Shown piece by piece: positions 39,647 to 50,839 of a stretch of 64,000 nt of DNA (positions are counted from its first letter, which is position 1; every line of letters starts with the position of its first letter). Location of the stretch: contig CAXXIA010000001.1 in the NCBI GenBank assembly GCA_963666985.2, positions 960,001 through 1,024,000 of the forward strand, given 5' to 3'. The position numbers and the translations under genes were made by a program. This DNA comes from Spirochaetia bacterium. GTDB lineage: Bacteria > Spirochaetota > Spirochaetia > DSM-2461. Under the pieces are notes generated by a model. The model was given only the letters and a program-made list of their open reading frames with translations, was not told the origin of the DNA and ran no database searches.

Positions 39647-40577
39647 CGATAATCTTCTTTACCAACGGATGACGGACAACATCGTCCGATGTAAATTCCG
39701 TTACGGATATATCTTCGATCGGCTTTAAAATCCTGACCGCTTCGGCCAGACCCGATCGTTCGGGAATCGGAAGATCAACCTGAGTTAAATCACCGGTAAC
39801 CACCGCTTTTGATCCTTCTCCGATACGCGTTAAGAACATCTTCATTTGTTCTCTTGTGGTATTTTGCGCTTCATCCAGCAGTATAAAACAATTTTTCAGA
39901 CTGCGTCCGCGCATATAGGCCAGCGGAGCGACTTCTATCTGCCCGTTGTTTCTGAGGCGTTCGATAAGATCCGGTTCGATAAGATCCTCCATGGCATCAT
40001 AAAGAGGCCGAAGATAAGGGGCCAGCTTCTGAGTTAAGTCGCCGGGTAGAAAACCGAGATTTTCACCCGTTTCCACAACAGGACGTGTCAGAATGATTTT
40101 TCGTTTCTTTCTCGAAAGAAGTTCCATCAGCGCGTAGGCGACGGCGATATAAGTCTTGCCGGTTCCCGCCGGTCCGATGCTGAAAACAAGATCCTTGGAA
40201 GACATTTGCATGATGTATTCGGCCTGAAGCCTGCTTCGAGGATTAACCTTCCTGAGCCCGCCGGGAATAACAATGATGTTTTCTCGGAAAGCCCGGATAT
40301 CGGCATCGTCGCCCGATTCCAATGAAAAAAAAATCGATCTGATCTGCTGGCTGCTGATCGAGTCTTCTTTATTCGCGATTTCCGTTAATCGATCGAGAAG
40401 ATTTTTAAAGATAAGGCGTGATTCGTCATCCGTGGAATGAAGCGATATTTCATTTCCCCTGGATCTGACGGGCGAAGAAAAAAGCGAGCTGATTTCTTCA
40501 AGGTTCTCGTCATTAGGGCCGCAAACGGCTCCCAGGAGGTGCGGATTGTCGATGACAACGGTCAGATTTGCGCTCAA
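39624..40577 (-). CDS. phoH: PhoH-family ATPase
   Basis: GPAGTGKT, LGFLPGD, PLAYMRGR, DEAQN; upstream TTGACC-18-TACACT. Confidence 0.93.
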   Translation of the reverse strand: MSANLTVVIDNPHLLGAVCGPNDENLEEISSLFSSPVRSRGNEISLHSTDDESRLIFKNLLDRLTEIANKEDSISSQQIRSIFFSLESGDDADIRAFRENIIVIPGGLRKVNPRSRLQAEYIMQMSSKDLVFSIGPAGTGKTYIAVAYALMELLSRKKRKIILTRPVVETGENLGFLPGDLTQKLAPYLRPLYDAMEDLIEPDLIERLRNNGQIEVAPLAYMRGRSLKNCFILLDEAQNTTREQMKMFLTRIGEGSKAVVTGDLTQVDLPIPERSGLAEAVRILKPIEDISVTEFTSDDVVRHPLVKKIIDAYQRNP

Positions 40578-40649
40578 TGACTCCTCTTTTTTTCACATTT
40601 AGTGTAACGATGCCTCAGCTCAATGGTCAAGAACAGCATCTTTTAAGCA

Positions 40650-43600
40650 TTATTCGAACGAATCGACGGTCAGCTCATCATCTTCAAAGGTTGTCCGCTG
40701 GTTGAACATGGGAAGAGGATTCCACTTAAGGTAAATGCTGAACTCGGATTGCCATGTGTAATTACTCGCTCCGGATTCCAGAACGGGAGCTCCGTCGTAT
40801 TCAAAGGTCAGATCCCAATTCCTCAGATGGTGAACCAAATCCACCGAAACGCCGCTCATGTTGAATTGAGAATCCCTGCGATCCTGGGTGTTGAAGAAAT
40901 TGAATGATTTCATTAAATCACCGAAGAAATTGTATTTATGGTCAATTTCGAACATTTCTCTCCACCAGGGGAAATACAAATACATGCTTTTATTCGCGGC
41001 GGCAAAACTGATGTTTAAATCCAAAAACTTGAATATTTCCAGACTTTGCGTCCAGGTGAACGTTAAGGCATTGTCCGTCGGCTGAATCAGATTGATGTCC
41101 CAAGAAAGATCCAGAATTGTTTTTGAATTGATGCGATTTTTCCACATCGGTTTCGGCTCGAATGTTTTGTTATAGGAGAAACTTAAGGAACTGGGGGTAA
41201 AGGCCTCTCCGGAGTCAATCCAGGTATAGCTTGGAGAGCCGTCCCAAGTGTAGGTGTCGTCGTACTCGGCGACAAACGATGTTTCGAATCCCCATAATTC
41301 CAATTCGCTTTTCATTTTGGAAAATCGACTGTTTTCAGAATCATATTTAACTGTTTGCTCAACGGACATCTCGCCATCGAAACCCGTCCAGGAAACGCTT
41401 AACGACATCGGTGATATCGACCATTCCGAATCGGTAAAGGTTGCTGTCTGATCGAATCCGGCGCTCCAGCCTTTGTAGTCGTAATCCACTCCTGCGGCCA
41501 GCGTGAAACTTTCGTCCATCGGCGGAATGTTGGCGGTTGAAGAAGTTGTTATGGTGAATGAGCCGGGTTTCCATTGAAAGGACGCCGCCAAATTATGTTT
41601 TTTGAAATCATCTTCATCGGAAATCCATTCGTTTACATATTGAGGGTCGGAGACCGTGGCATCGGATGCGAACTCTCTCGAATAAAGATTGGTGTCGATG
41701 TTGTATTTCAAGTAGGAAGAGGAAAGTGAAGGAATCCCTTGAAGAGGTTTGACGCTCAGTGAAAAAGAATTATCCCAGAGAAACTTGGTATACTGCAAAT
41801 CTTCCGTCTGGGTATCCTCTTCAACATCCGGTCCGCTTCCGAAGATATGGGCATGCGTTTGATAATATCCTGAAAGGCTTGTGGTTCCGCTGATACTGGT
41901 AATTCCGTCCCAGAAATCCATATCGTAGGAAAGGTATCCCGACTGCGTCGTATTAATTTTGGCCGCTTCCATTTCGAAGTCGATATCTTCCGGATCATCC
42001 CAATCCTCGTCGTCGAACTCACTTTCCACATACAGCTGAGTATCAATACCATAATCGATGGAAGCTTCGAGGATATTCGTTTGAAAGACCGAATCAAACG
42101 AATCATGGAAAGGAACTCCCGATAAAAGATTTTTATTCTCCTTATCGGGTTCCTCGCCGGCTGGAATATCTTCTTCCTTTGTTTCCCGTTCAATCGTCCA
42201 TTGAGGGGAGCCCCCGTCGAGCGACAACTCAATTTCCGGCAAAATAAGTTTATACGGATAAAAAAAGTCCGCGGCCGGATTGTAATCGGCATCCGCCCTG
42301 TCCCAGAAGTCGCTTCCGGAATCCCTTTCCTTGCTTTTCCATGTAAGTCCCGCTTTAAAGGTGTCGAGCGAAATACCGTCCAGCCATTCGGAATCGCCGG
42401 GAACGGAGAACGAATGGCTTCCTTCCAATTCCCAGGCCATGCTTGTAACAAGATCCGGCTCATCAACGTCCGATTCTTCTTCACTCATTAAAAAGCTCAG
42501 CCAGTCGAAATTTTCCTCTCTTTGATCGAATTGTCTGATATAGGACGGATCCGAGTACCAATCCAACGCCAAAGACCATGAGTCCCATTCATAATTCGCG
42601 GAAAGTCCCCAGCGGAAAGGGATTTCAAAAGAACCGATATAACCGCTGTTCCAGTAAGACTCCGTATTTCCGGAAGAATCCTTGAAATAAACGTTTCCCT
42701 CGCTGTCGATGCTCCGGCTCATTCCTAAAGACGCGTAAAAGTCCAAGGCGCCCTTTTCTCCGATTTTAGGGAAATCACCGTAGAGTCCCGTCATGAAGCC
42801 CAAAGACGTATAGGCATCCATCATGAGTTTTAAGGTATTGTTCCCTGCCGAAGCTCCCTCGCCTGTTGCTCCCGAGCGGACCATGTAGAGCCCTTCTCTC
42901 ACTAAAGAATATTCGGGTCCGGCCGAATCACCGAATCCCAAAATCGAAAAGCCGTCGTCTTCTTCCTTCCGGCCGAGAAAATATGTTGTTGTTTGAATGT
43001 AGTATCCGGCTGATGTTCTTTGACCGATAACCGGATTAAAAAGTAAATCACTTCCCGCTTTCCAATAAAACGGGAGATAAAAAATAGGAATATGGCCGAT
43101 GTAAAGGGTCGCACTGAAAAGTCCCCATTCACCGGGGCCCGTTATCCAGATTTTGCGCGCTTTAAGCGCGAAGTCCGGATTCTCCACGTTGTGACTTGTT
43201 ATGGTTCCGTTTTCCAAGACGAGGATTTCGGCACCCGAACGCTTAATGGAATCTCCGCGGAAAAAGAAATTGATATCTTCACCGTCGACTTCCTGATTTC
43301 TTTCGGATGTTCCCTTGAAGATAACTCCCGTCCAATCGGTAACGGTAAACACCAAACTGTCGCCGGTGAATTTCTCTTCGCGTCCGCCGGTATTCACGGT
43401 GTAAACAATATTGCCCAATGCCGAAATAGTTTTTAAGGCCTGATTAAAAATCACCGTATCCGCCCGGACTCGGTGTGTTCTTCCTCTCTCGGGCTCTTCA
43501 ACCGTAAGAACGACATCTCCGGAAAGTCTGACGACGGATTCCTTATCGTTATTCGAACCGATATTCATAACCAAGTATTCACTTCGTTTCGCTGATTCGA

Positions 43601-43970
43601 TGATAACCTTGGTTCCTTTCTTCGGGCTTTCACCGTTTTCGGAGGAAGTCGAAACAACTCCGTAATAAGTCTTCAGCCGGTTTCGAAGTTCCTCATCCGA
43701 ACCGCCGCCCTCCAAACCGAGAACAAGGCACCATGCTCTCAGTTCTTCCGTTTCGGAAGTTTTTAAATCCAATAAAAGACTTTCCGAAATAAGATCGGCA
43801 CGAGATTTCTTCTCCGGTTCGTTTTCAATAACGGCATCCTGCGCGACAGTCGGCTTAATCAAGAATAAAAATAAAAATAATAAACCGAGTACCCGCCGAA
43901 TATTCGGCGTCTTATTCGTCGTGGGTTTCCGCGCCACCCCGACTTCCGGCGAAAACGACATTATCGTCAC
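40650..43970 (-). CDS. lptD: large outer-membrane LptD-like glycolipid/LPS assembly protein (spirochaete type)
   Basis: Signal peptide, OstA-like jelly-roll (A.GNI.Y, A.KIWI, P.FYLP), long beta-barrel with HHLRNWDL motif near C-terminus. Confidence 0.7.
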   Translation of the reverse strand: MTIMSFSPEVGVARKPTTNKTPNIRRVLGLLFLFLFLIKPTVAQDAVIENEPEKKSRADLISESLLLDLKTSETEELRAWCLVLGLEGGGSDEELRNRLKTYYGVVSTSSENGESPKKGTKVIIESAKRSEYLVMNIGSNNDKESVVRLSGDVVLTVEEPERGRTHRVRADTVIFNQALKTISALGNIVYTVNTGGREEKFTGDSLVFTVTDWTGVIFKGTSERNQEVDGEDINFFFRGDSIKRSGAEILVLENGTITSHNVENPDFALKARKIWITGPGEWGLFSATLYIGHIPIFYLPFYWKAGSDLLFNPVIGQRTSAGYYIQTTTYFLGRKEEDDGFSILGFGDSAGPEYSLVREGLYMVRSGATGEGASAGNNTLKLMMDAYTSLGFMTGLYGDFPKIGEKGALDFYASLGMSRSIDSEGNVYFKDSSGNTESYWNSGYIGSFEIPFRWGLSANYEWDSWSLALDWYSDPSYIRQFDQREENFDWLSFLMSEEESDVDEPDLVTSMAWELEGSHSFSVPGDSEWLDGISLDTFKAGLTWKSKERDSGSDFWDRADADYNPAADFFYPYKLILPEIELSLDGGSPQWTIERETKEEDIPAGEEPDKENKNLLSGVPFHDSFDSVFQTNILEASIDYGIDTQLYVESEFDDEDWDDPEDIDFEMEAAKINTTQSGYLSYDMDFWDGITSISGTTSLSGYYQTHAHIFGSGPDVEEDTQTEDLQYTKFLWDNSFSLSVKPLQGIPSLSSSYLKYNIDTNLYSREFASDATVSDPQYVNEWISDEDDFKKHNLAASFQWKPGSFTITTSSTANIPPMDESFTLAAGVDYDYKGWSAGFDQTATFTDSEWSISPMSLSVSWTGFDGEMSVEQTVKYDSENSRFSKMKSELELWGFETSFVAEYDDTYTWDGSPSYTWIDSGEAFTPSSLSFSYNKTFEPKPMWKNRINSKTILDLSWDINLIQPTDNALTFTWTQSLEIFKFLDLNISFAAANKSMYLYFPWWREMFEIDHKYNFFGDLMKSFNFFNTQDRRDSQFNMSGVSVDLVHHLRNWDLTFEYDGAPVLESGASNYTWQSEFSIYLKWNPLPMFNQRTTFEDDELTVDSFE

Positions 43971-46792
43971 CCGGTCTTTAAAACCTCTCCGAGAAAAGAT
44001 CCCGTATGTGATGCGGCTGAGGATGCAATGTCTTCAGGCTTTCCCGCGGCGATGATGTTTCCGCCTTCATTCCCTCCCTCGGGACCGAGATCTATGACAT
44101 AATCCGCCTGTTTAACCACATCCAGATTATGTTCAATCATACAGATCGTATTACCGCGGTCCACCAGAGTCTGCAAAACTTCAAGAAGCTGCTTTACATC
44201 GGCGAAATGGAGTCCTGTGGTCGGCTCATCGATGACATAAAATGTATTTCCGGTGCTCTTTTTTGATAATTCCAAAGCGAGCTTTACCCGCTGGGCTTCA
44301 CCGCCGGAAAGTGTCAGGGCCGATTGTCCCAGCTTTACATACCCCAAACCGACGGCATTCAGCGTTTCAAGCTTATTTCTTATCGAGGGAACGGCGGAAA
44401 AAAACTCGCACGCTTCTTCGCCTGTCATATCGAGAACTTCGTGGATGTTCTTCCCTTTGTATCGAATCTCCAATGTCTCCCGGTTGAATCGTTTCCCCTT
44501 GCAGACATCGCAGGTAACATAAACATCGGGGAGAAAATGCATTTCGATTTTTTTCGTTCCCGCGCCTTCACAGGCCTCGCATCTTCCGCCCTTTACATTA
44601 AAGCTGAATCGGCCCGGTTTATATCCCCGCGCCTTTGATTCGGGCAGTGAGGAGAACAGATCTCTTATCGCTGTAAAAACTCCGATATACGTTGCGGGAT
44701 TGGATCTTGGTGTACGGCCGATCGGATTTTGATCGATGCAGATCACCTTGTCGATATTCTCCGTTCCTTCAACACCGTCGCAATCACCGGCCGGAAGCCG
44801 AGTTCTCCCGACCATATTGGAGAGAATCGGATACAAGAGATCCGAAAGCAGCGTCGATTTACCCGAACCGGAAACTCCCGTAATGGTGATAAACGTTCCG
44901 AGAGGGATTTCAACGTCGATGTTCTTAAGATTATGCTCGCGAGCACCGCGAATAATCAAGGACTTTCCGTTTCCTTCTCTTCTGACTTGCGGAATGGGGA
45001 TTCTCTCTTTCCCGCTCAAATACCTCCCGGTCGGACTGTTCGGATTATCAAGGATGTCTTGAAGGGTTCCTTGAGCCACGACTTTCCCGCCATGAACTCC
45101 GGCGCCCGGGCCCATATCGACAATATAATCGGCGGTACGGATTGTTTGTTCATCATGTTCGACGACGAGTAAAGTATTTCCCAAATCCCGCAAATGAGTC
45201 AGTGTTTCGATAAGACGATGATTGTCCCTCTGATGCAGTCCGATGGTCGGTTCATCCAGGATATAAAGAACTCCTACCAGAGATGAACCGATTTGCGTCG
45301 CCAAACGGATTCTCTGCGCCTCTCCGCCCGAAAGAGTCGCCGATTCGCGTTCCAGTGTCAGATAGCCCAAACCGACGCTCTCAAGAAACCCAAGCCGTTC
45401 GCGTATCTCTTTAAAAATCTGCTCGGCGATGTGATATTCGGTTTCATTGAGTTCCAGAGTATCAAAGAACTTTCGAGCCGCGTGTACCGGCATCGTTGTA
45501 ACTTCATAAATATTTTTTTCACCGATGAAAACACTCAGGCTTTCTCTTTTCAGCCTGCGGCCGCCGCATTCGGTGCACGGTCGGCGTGCCATAAATCCTT
45601 CCAGCCAGTCTCTGATGCCGGGAGAGGAAGATTCGCGATATCTTCTCTTTAAATCGGCGTAAATCCCGTTAAATTCCGATAAATATTCAAACTTCCCCGT
45701 CTTTTTTTTATTAACGTAGGTAACATCGATTTTTTCATCCGATCCGTTAAAGAGGATATCGAGAATATCATCCGACAGTTCACCGATCGGTGTGTTCAGA
45801 CTGAAACCGTAGACTTTGGATAATCCCTCAAACCAGCTTCTGTGCCATGCGGCATCCGGATTATAAGGAGCCAGACCTCGCTCATTAAATGAAAGCGAGG
45901 AATCCGGAATAATCAAATCCCTATCGAATTCCAATGTCATCCCAAGGCCGTCACAGGAAGGACAGGCTCCGAACGGACTGTTGAAACTGAAAAGCCTGGG
46001 CTGAAGTTCCGGAAGACTGAAACCGCAGAGAGGACAGGAATTTTTCTCCGAGAAAAACATCTCCCGCTCTTTTTTCTCCTCCAAAACGACTATTTGAACC
46101 TGTCCGTCGGCAATTTCCAGAGATGTTTCAACGGCTTCGGCAAGACGCTTTCGGCTTTCCGGTCCCGTTTTGATACGATCGACGACGACGGAAATATCGT
46201 GCTTCTTTTTTTTGTCGAGGAGAATCTCATCATCGAGGGAGAGAATCTCTCCATCAATGCGAATACGAATAAATCCCGCCTTTTTCGCATCTTCGATGAA
46301 TTTTTTATGCTCGCCTTTTTTGCCCCGGACAAGAGGAGCCAAAACCATCAGCTTTTCCCCTTCCGGGAGAGAAAAAATCGCATCCAGAATCTGATCGACC
46401 GATTGCTCTTTTATCGGAGTTCCGTCATTGGGACAAACCGGCCGACCGATTCGAGCATAAAGGAGACGAAGATAATCGTAGATTTCGGTAACCGTTCCCA
46501 CCGTGGACCTGGGATTGCGGCTTGTCGTTTTCTGCTCTATCGATATCGCGGGCGAAAGTCCTTCCAGATAATCCACGTCCGGTTTTTCCATGCGGCCCAA
46601 AAACTGCCTGGCATACGCCGAAAGAGATTCAACGTAACGGCGCTGTCCTTCCGCGAAAATCGTATCGAAAGCCAATGACGATTTCCCGGAGCCGGAAAGA
46701 CCGGAAATTACAATTAATTTGTCGCGGGGAAGCTCAAGGTCGATATTCCGAAGATTATGCTCTCGGGCTCCTTTAATGACGATTTTATCCAT
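43967..46792 (-). CDS. uvrA: excinuclease ABC subunit A
   Basis: [16 protein letters not shown], zinc fingers, two LSGGEAQR signatures. Confidence 0.98.
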   Translation of the reverse strand: MDKIVIKGAREHNLRNIDLELPRDKLIVISGLSGSGKSSLAFDTIFAEGQRRYVESLSAYARQFLGRMEKPDVDYLEGLSPAISIEQKTTSRNPRSTVGTVTEIYDYLRLLYARIGRPVCPNDGTPIKEQSVDQILDAIFSLPEGEKLMVLAPLVRGKKGEHKKFIEDAKKAGFIRIRIDGEILSLDDEILLDKKKKHDISVVVDRIKTGPESRKRLAEAVETSLEIADGQVQIVVLEEKKEREMFFSEKNSCPLCGFSLPELQPRLFSFNSPFGACPSCDGLGMTLEFDRDLIIPDSSLSFNERGLAPYNPDAAWHRSWFEGLSKVYGFSLNTPIGELSDDILDILFNGSDEKIDVTYVNKKKTGKFEYLSEFNGIYADLKRRYRESSSPGIRDWLEGFMARRPCTECGGRRLKRESLSVFIGEKNIYEVTTMPVHAARKFFDTLELNETEYHIAEQIFKEIRERLGFLESVGLGYLTLERESATLSGGEAQRIRLATQIGSSLVGVLYILDEPTIGLHQRDNHRLIETLTHLRDLGNTLLVVEHDEQTIRTADYIVDMGPGAGVHGGKVVAQGTLQDILDNPNSPTGRYLSGKERIPIPQVRREGNGKSLIIRGAREHNLKNIDVEIPLGTFITITGVSGSGKSTLLSDLLYPILSNMVGRTRLPAGDCDGVEGTENIDKVICIDQNPIGRTPRSNPATYIGVFTAIRDLFSSLPESKARGYKPGRFSFNVKGGRCEACEGAGTKKIEMHFLPDVYVTCDVCKGKRFNRETLEIRYKGKNIHEVLDMTGEEACEFFSAVPSIRNKLETLNAVGLGYVKLGQSALTLSGGEAQRVKLALELSKKSTGNTFYVIDEPTTGLHFADVKQLLEVLQTLVDRGNTICMIEHNLDVVKQADYVIDLGPEGGNEGGNIIAAGKPEDIASSAASHTGSFLGEVLKTG

Positions 46793-46810
46793 TTAAATTC
46801 CGAAGTTGAT

Positions 46811-47803
46811 TTATGGAGCCAATGCTCCTATCGAAATGAAAGGCGAATCCAACTGCTGAAGAGCTAATCGTCCCCATTGTCCCGCTTCAGGTCTCGGTAC
46901 GGCAATATTCGTATCCGGATCGACGATAACCAGAACCTTCCAGATATCTTCGGCGGAATCTTCATATCCATTGGCAAACAGCGATACGGAAAGCAAATAA
47001 AGCTGCGGCCAAAAGCCTTCATCTTCGAGCCAAGAGATCAAATCGGAATCCGATTCGCCGATGAGTTCCAATAAGTTGACAATTCCATCCGTTCTTCCCG
47101 AGTATCGGACGTCTCTATCGGGATTTCGGGAATCCTCAATCGGATCGATATCGAATCTCCATTCGGGATTCACATTGCGCACTTGTTCGGCCGCGGTAGT
47201 AAGCAGAGAAAGAACGGTTTTGACGGAGTTCAGTAAGGCCGTTCGATAACGGGCCTCCTCCCACGCCTTCTCTCCGAGTATCCTAAGAGCTTTCAGGGAT
47301 TTCGTTCGTTCGTTTCTATACAAGTAAAGCAGTTCATCCAAACCGTTTTCCGTAAGAAGCGATATATACCGATGTCCCGCCGCGATTTCATCCTCCATAG
47401 AGACGGCATCCTCTTCCGCAATGGAGGTAAGAATGACTTCCGCTTCTCTTCTTTGATTTTCATCTCCGGAAAGAAGAAGTTCCGCAAGGGAATAACGGAT
47501 AAAGACGGCCTCGTCGGGGACTCTTAAATAAAGAGACAAATGGATTGCCCGCCGGTACTGTTCTTCGGCCAGATCGGGCTGGCCCTGCGCTTCGAAGACT
47601 TTTCCAAGCCAATATTCCGCTTCGGGGTATTCGGGCTCCTCTTCAACGGCATCCAGCAAATAATCCATGGCTTGCGAGAGTTTTCTCTCTTCATAGGCCA
47701 TGCGTCCTTTTTCGACGAGAATCCAAGTCGGTTCCTGAGAGAATGCGGTATCCGCGCAAAAAAGCAGGACGTTCAATAAGAGAAACAAGGATCGCCGGGT
47801 CAA
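46811..47803 (-). CDS. exported TPR-containing protein
   Basis: Signal peptide, PEYPEAEYWLG TPR; GGAGG before TTG. Confidence 0.75.
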   Translation of the reverse strand: MTRRSLFLLLNVLLFCADTAFSQEPTWILVEKGRMAYEERKLSQAMDYLLDAVEEEPEYPEAEYWLGKVFEAQGQPDLAEEQYRRAIHLSLYLRVPDEAVFIRYSLAELLLSGDENQRREAEVILTSIAEEDAVSMEDEIAAGHRYISLLTENGLDELLYLYRNERTKSLKALRILGEKAWEEARYRTALLNSVKTVLSLLTTAAEQVRNVNPEWRFDIDPIEDSRNPDRDVRYSGRTDGIVNLLELIGESDSDLISWLEDEGFWPQLYLLSVSLFANGYEDSAEDIWKVLVIVDPDTNIAVPRPEAGQWGRLALQQLDSPFISIGALAP

Positions 47804-47851
47804 CGGTCGGCCTCCGAAAGATTTATAGGAAAGTATACAATAAGCGGAAGG

Positions 47852-47894
47852 AAAAAGGGAAACGGGCCGCCGATCTTCTTTTTTCGGCGGCCCG
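47852..47894 (-). terminator. intrinsic terminator of the V-ATPase operon
   Basis: 11-bp stem CGGGCCGCCGA/TCGGCGGCCCG (47863-47894) followed on the minus strand by TTTCCCTTTTT. Confidence 0.85.
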
Positions 47895-47910
47895 CTGAAA
47901 AATTGTCGAA

Positions 47911-48330
47911 TTAGACGGCGCCCATCAAGAAAACCATGGTAAGCAAGGCGACGGTTTCAATCAGACCGATAACCATGACATAGTTACCGAATCCTTTCCC
48001 TGTCTCCGCCAGCGCGTCGGAAGCGGCTGCGGCGGCTTTTCCCTGAAAATACGCCGAAGCGCCGATTCCCAATCCGCCGAAAAGCCCCGCACCGAGAAGT
48101 GCCATAGGCTCAACGGAAGAAGCTTTAATGGTGTTCATCAAGATGAAACCGTAGAGTGTCTGAGTCAAGGGCATACCGCAGAATGCAACAAGCATAAAAG
48201 GGGCCGCTTTATTGTTTGCGTAGCATTTTTTCCAAGCGCCGATGGCGGCCTGTCCCGCCGCGCCCATACCCATGGCCGAACCGGCAGCCGCCAAACCCAA
48301 GGCCGCCGCATATCCGAGTAGTCCAATCAT
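47911..48330 (-). CDS. ntpK: V-type ATPase subunit K (4-TM proteolipid)
   Basis: GSA.G.G.AG, PLTQTLYG, QG, ETVAL. Confidence 0.93.
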   Translation of the reverse strand: MIGLLGYAAALGLAAAGSAMGMGAAGQAAIGAWKKCYANNKAAPFMLVAFCGMPLTQTLYGFILMNTIKASSVEPMALLGAGLFGGLGIGASAYFQGKAAAAASDALAETGKGFGNYVMVIGLIETVALLTMVFLMGAV

Positions 48331-49337
48331 ATTTCTGTCTCCTTATCGTTTTCCGGCGATTCCAATTCGGGAACGCGCAACCGGAAGGGCTCAAATGCGA
48401 ATCCGGACCACTCAATATCAAGATGTCCGGAAAACTCCAATACGTTCAAACGCACACCGTGAACCAACACGGATAATGCGCACAGGATGAAATTAAGAGA
48501 ATGTCCTATAAGCAGAATCAGTACCGCGAAAATTATGGTGAATCCGCCGCCTTTCGGCGCCATGCTGTTGAAGCTTTGTGAAAGAGCCACACCCGCGAGA
48601 CCTACGGCGAAAAGACGTATATACGATACGATATCGCCGAAAGCACTGATCACATTCAAGACCGTCGGCAGGAAACCTTTCAGACTCTCAATAATTCCTT
48701 TAAAGAAAGACCGACCTTTTTCCTGATTTTCAAAAAGAAAAACCAGAATCAATCCTCCGATAACCATGGGAAGGATAAGATTCATCAAAAGCGGCAAGAC
48801 TTGAAACTGCAAGACCAATCTCATAATCAGCCAATACATCGCAAGAATAATCGAAAGCCATCCGATCTGCGCGACGGCTTTCAGCGACGGCAGTTTTAAG
48901 ATGAAATTCTGGATGCGCGCGATGGAAAGCATGATTCCGCCGAAAAGGATGCTGATCCATTGAACCATGATTTCCGATTCTATCGTCGTATTCGGGAAAA
49001 TACCCATGGTTACCGCATGGCCCGGGAAAAGGTCCTGCTGATAAGTCGCGATGGCCGGAACAACCAAATTCTTCAAAAAAGTATCTCTTACCAAGGGAAG
49101 CGAGGCAAACCACGTTCCGGTTATAGCTCCCCAAATAAGAGTGGTGAAGCCGAAGATGGTAAAAAGCTTGAGTGCGTCCGAGGGCTTTTTTGTCTTTATC
49201 TTAAACAGAAGGACAAGAGCCAGCGTGATAACACCGTATCCCGCATCCCCGATAATCATGCCGGTAAACAGACTTAAGAAAATCAGAAACCACGGGCTGA
49301 TATCCGTTTCATGATATCCGGGTGAAATATTCATCAA
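48327..49337 (-). CDS. ntpI: V-type ATPase subunit I, membrane C-terminal fragment (frameshifted gene)
   Basis: PGYHE.D, GDAGYG, SYIRLFAVGLA, VHGVRLNVLEF. Confidence 0.85.
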   Translation of the reverse strand: MMNISPGYHETDISPWFLIFLSLFTGMIIGDAGYGVITLALVLLFKIKTKKPSDALKLFTIFGFTTLIWGAITGTWFASLPLVRDTFLKNLVVPAIATYQQDLFPGHAVTMGIFPNTTIESEIMVQWISILFGGIMLSIARIQNFILKLPSLKAVAQIGWLSIILAMYWLIMRLVLQFQVLPLLMNLILPMVIGGLILVFLFENQEKGRSFFKGIIESLKGFLPTVLNVISAFGDIVSYIRLFAVGLAGVALSQSFNSMAPKGGGFTIIFAVLILLIGHSLNFILCALSVLVHGVRLNVLEFSGHLDIEWSGFAFEPFRLRVPELESPENDKETEI

Positions 49338-50227
49338 ATCGAAAACCGGTTTGATGATTCCAATGGCGGTTTATTCCGCACAAGTGTGGGAACCGCGTCA
49401 TCCGGAGCCGGATCGGTAATCATGACTCCCCATGATTGTTCGGCGGCCAAGGCTTTTAATGATTCGGCGGCGTCTTCCGGGATGAAACCCGTAAACCATG
49501 CCAGTCCTTCTTCATCGTCAAGCGAATTCCCAATTTCCTCAAACTCGATATCCTGCCGTACCGAAGCCAGAATCCGTTCCAAAGGAGCCGCGGAAATCGA
49601 TCGATTTATCAATTCCGATTCAATTTTCTTCCGTTCTTCCGCTATTTTGGCGGCCGTTTGAGCAATCTCGGTAAGACCATACTCCGGAAGTCTGATGCCC
49701 GGATCGGCCCCCTCGGGAACTCCGTTTCGATAAACGGCGGCTCCGAGGACGCTCTTCTTTTTCTTTTGAAGCGTAATAAATTCGCACTCAAGGTTGTTTG
49801 AGTAATCCTCAAGCGCCTTTTCACCGGCTTCCACAAGTCGAATATCGATACCTTTGGCGGCGAGAATTCTCAAATCGGCAGGCTCGAAATCACCCCATGG
49901 TTCCAGGGTTTCCTTATCAAAAGCCAAAGCCGTCATCTTATCCTGCAGTTCCTTGTCTCTTGCTTTAAGGGCAAGAATCTCTTCCGCGTCTTTTAAGGCT
50001 TTCTTTTTATCAGGGATGCCGCCGTCCGAGATACGTTCTTTTGCAGCGGGAAGTGCCAAAAGAGCGTTTTGGAGCAACGCCGCTTCCGTATTCAGAACTT
50101 CCGGAGACGATACTTTGCCGGTATTCACCTCTATGTGCATCAAACCCGCTTTGCGGAGAGCCTTCAAAGACTCTCTTCGGGTTTTTTCCCGAATAACGAC
50201 GGCGACTTTCTTCATCGTAACAATCAT
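49334..50227 (-). CDS. ntpI: V-type ATPase subunit I, soluble N-terminal fragment (frameshifted gene)
   Basis: MIV.MKK, PWGDF, GFIP, PTLVRN; continues in the -1 frame as IGIIKPVFDLMNISPGY. Confidence 0.85.
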   Translation of the reverse strand: MIVTMKKVAVVIREKTRRESLKALRKAGLMHIEVNTGKVSSPEVLNTEAALLQNALLALPAAKERISDGGIPDKKKALKDAEEILALKARDKELQDKMTALAFDKETLEPWGDFEPADLRILAAKGIDIRLVEAGEKALEDYSNNLECEFITLQKKKKSVLGAAVYRNGVPEGADPGIRLPEYGLTEIAQTAAKIAEERKKIESELINRSISAAPLERILASVRQDIEFEEIGNSLDDEEGLAWFTGFIPEDAAESLKALAAEQSWGVMITDPAPDDAVPTLVRNKPPLESSNRFSI

Positions 50228-50826
50228 GACGCCGCTCTCTCCATTCCGCGTTTTGAAATCTTTCCCCGAACAACCGCAGCCGTCTGCTGATCGCCTAAGT
50301 AAATACTGATTTTTTTGATATTGGACTTGGTCTCCGGAATTTTTACCTTTTCAAAGAGATTCACTCTCTGTGTGGTTGTCCGAAGTTCAAGTTCCAATAG
50401 TCTTTTCTGCTCTTGAAGAACATTCAATTCAAGGTCGAGAAGCATGACTCGCTGCATTTCCTTTACGGCTTTATCCACCCAAAGAGGCATCTGCCAAAGG
50501 TCGTAGGAAACCGGAGCGAAAGAAGCACCTTCAAAAACCGGGATCTTCACACCTGCGATGTTTCCAACACCGACATCGGCCTTTTCCAGAACCAGCAGTG
50601 TTTCATCAAGTCCAACATCTTCTCCGAAAACTCCGATCCATTTTTTGAAGTTTTCTTCCAGATCTTCCTTTTCCTTGCGGACCGATGCTTCTTTATCCTC
50701 GACTTTGCGAATTTCCATTTGAAGCTGCTGTTTTTTGAGAAGCAGCGTAGGAAGATAGCGGGTATACATCTTCAGAGCGTCTTTTTGTTTCTTCTGCTCA
50801 TTCTTTGTGAGCTTTATCTTGGCCAT
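50224..50826 (-). CDS. ntpD: V-type ATPase subunit D
   Basis: MAKIKLTKNE, RYLPTL.LKK, TTQRVNLFEKVKIP. Confidence 0.95.
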   Translation of the reverse strand: MAKIKLTKNEQKKQKDALKMYTRYLPTLLLKKQQLQMEIRKVEDKEASVRKEKEDLEENFKKWIGVFGEDVGLDETLLVLEKADVGVGNIAGVKIPVFEGASFAPVSYDLWQMPLWVDKAVKEMQRVMLLDLELNVLQEQKRLLELELRTTTQRVNLFEKVKIPETKSNIKKISIYLGDQQTAAVVRGKISKRGMERAAS

Positions 50827-50839
50827 AGGCCTTACGCTC

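Noticed and set aside
49337..49375. Programmed -1 ribosomal frameshift in ntpI
   Set aside because: No X XXY YYZ heptamer in the permissible window, and the -1 frame has a TAA immediately upstream
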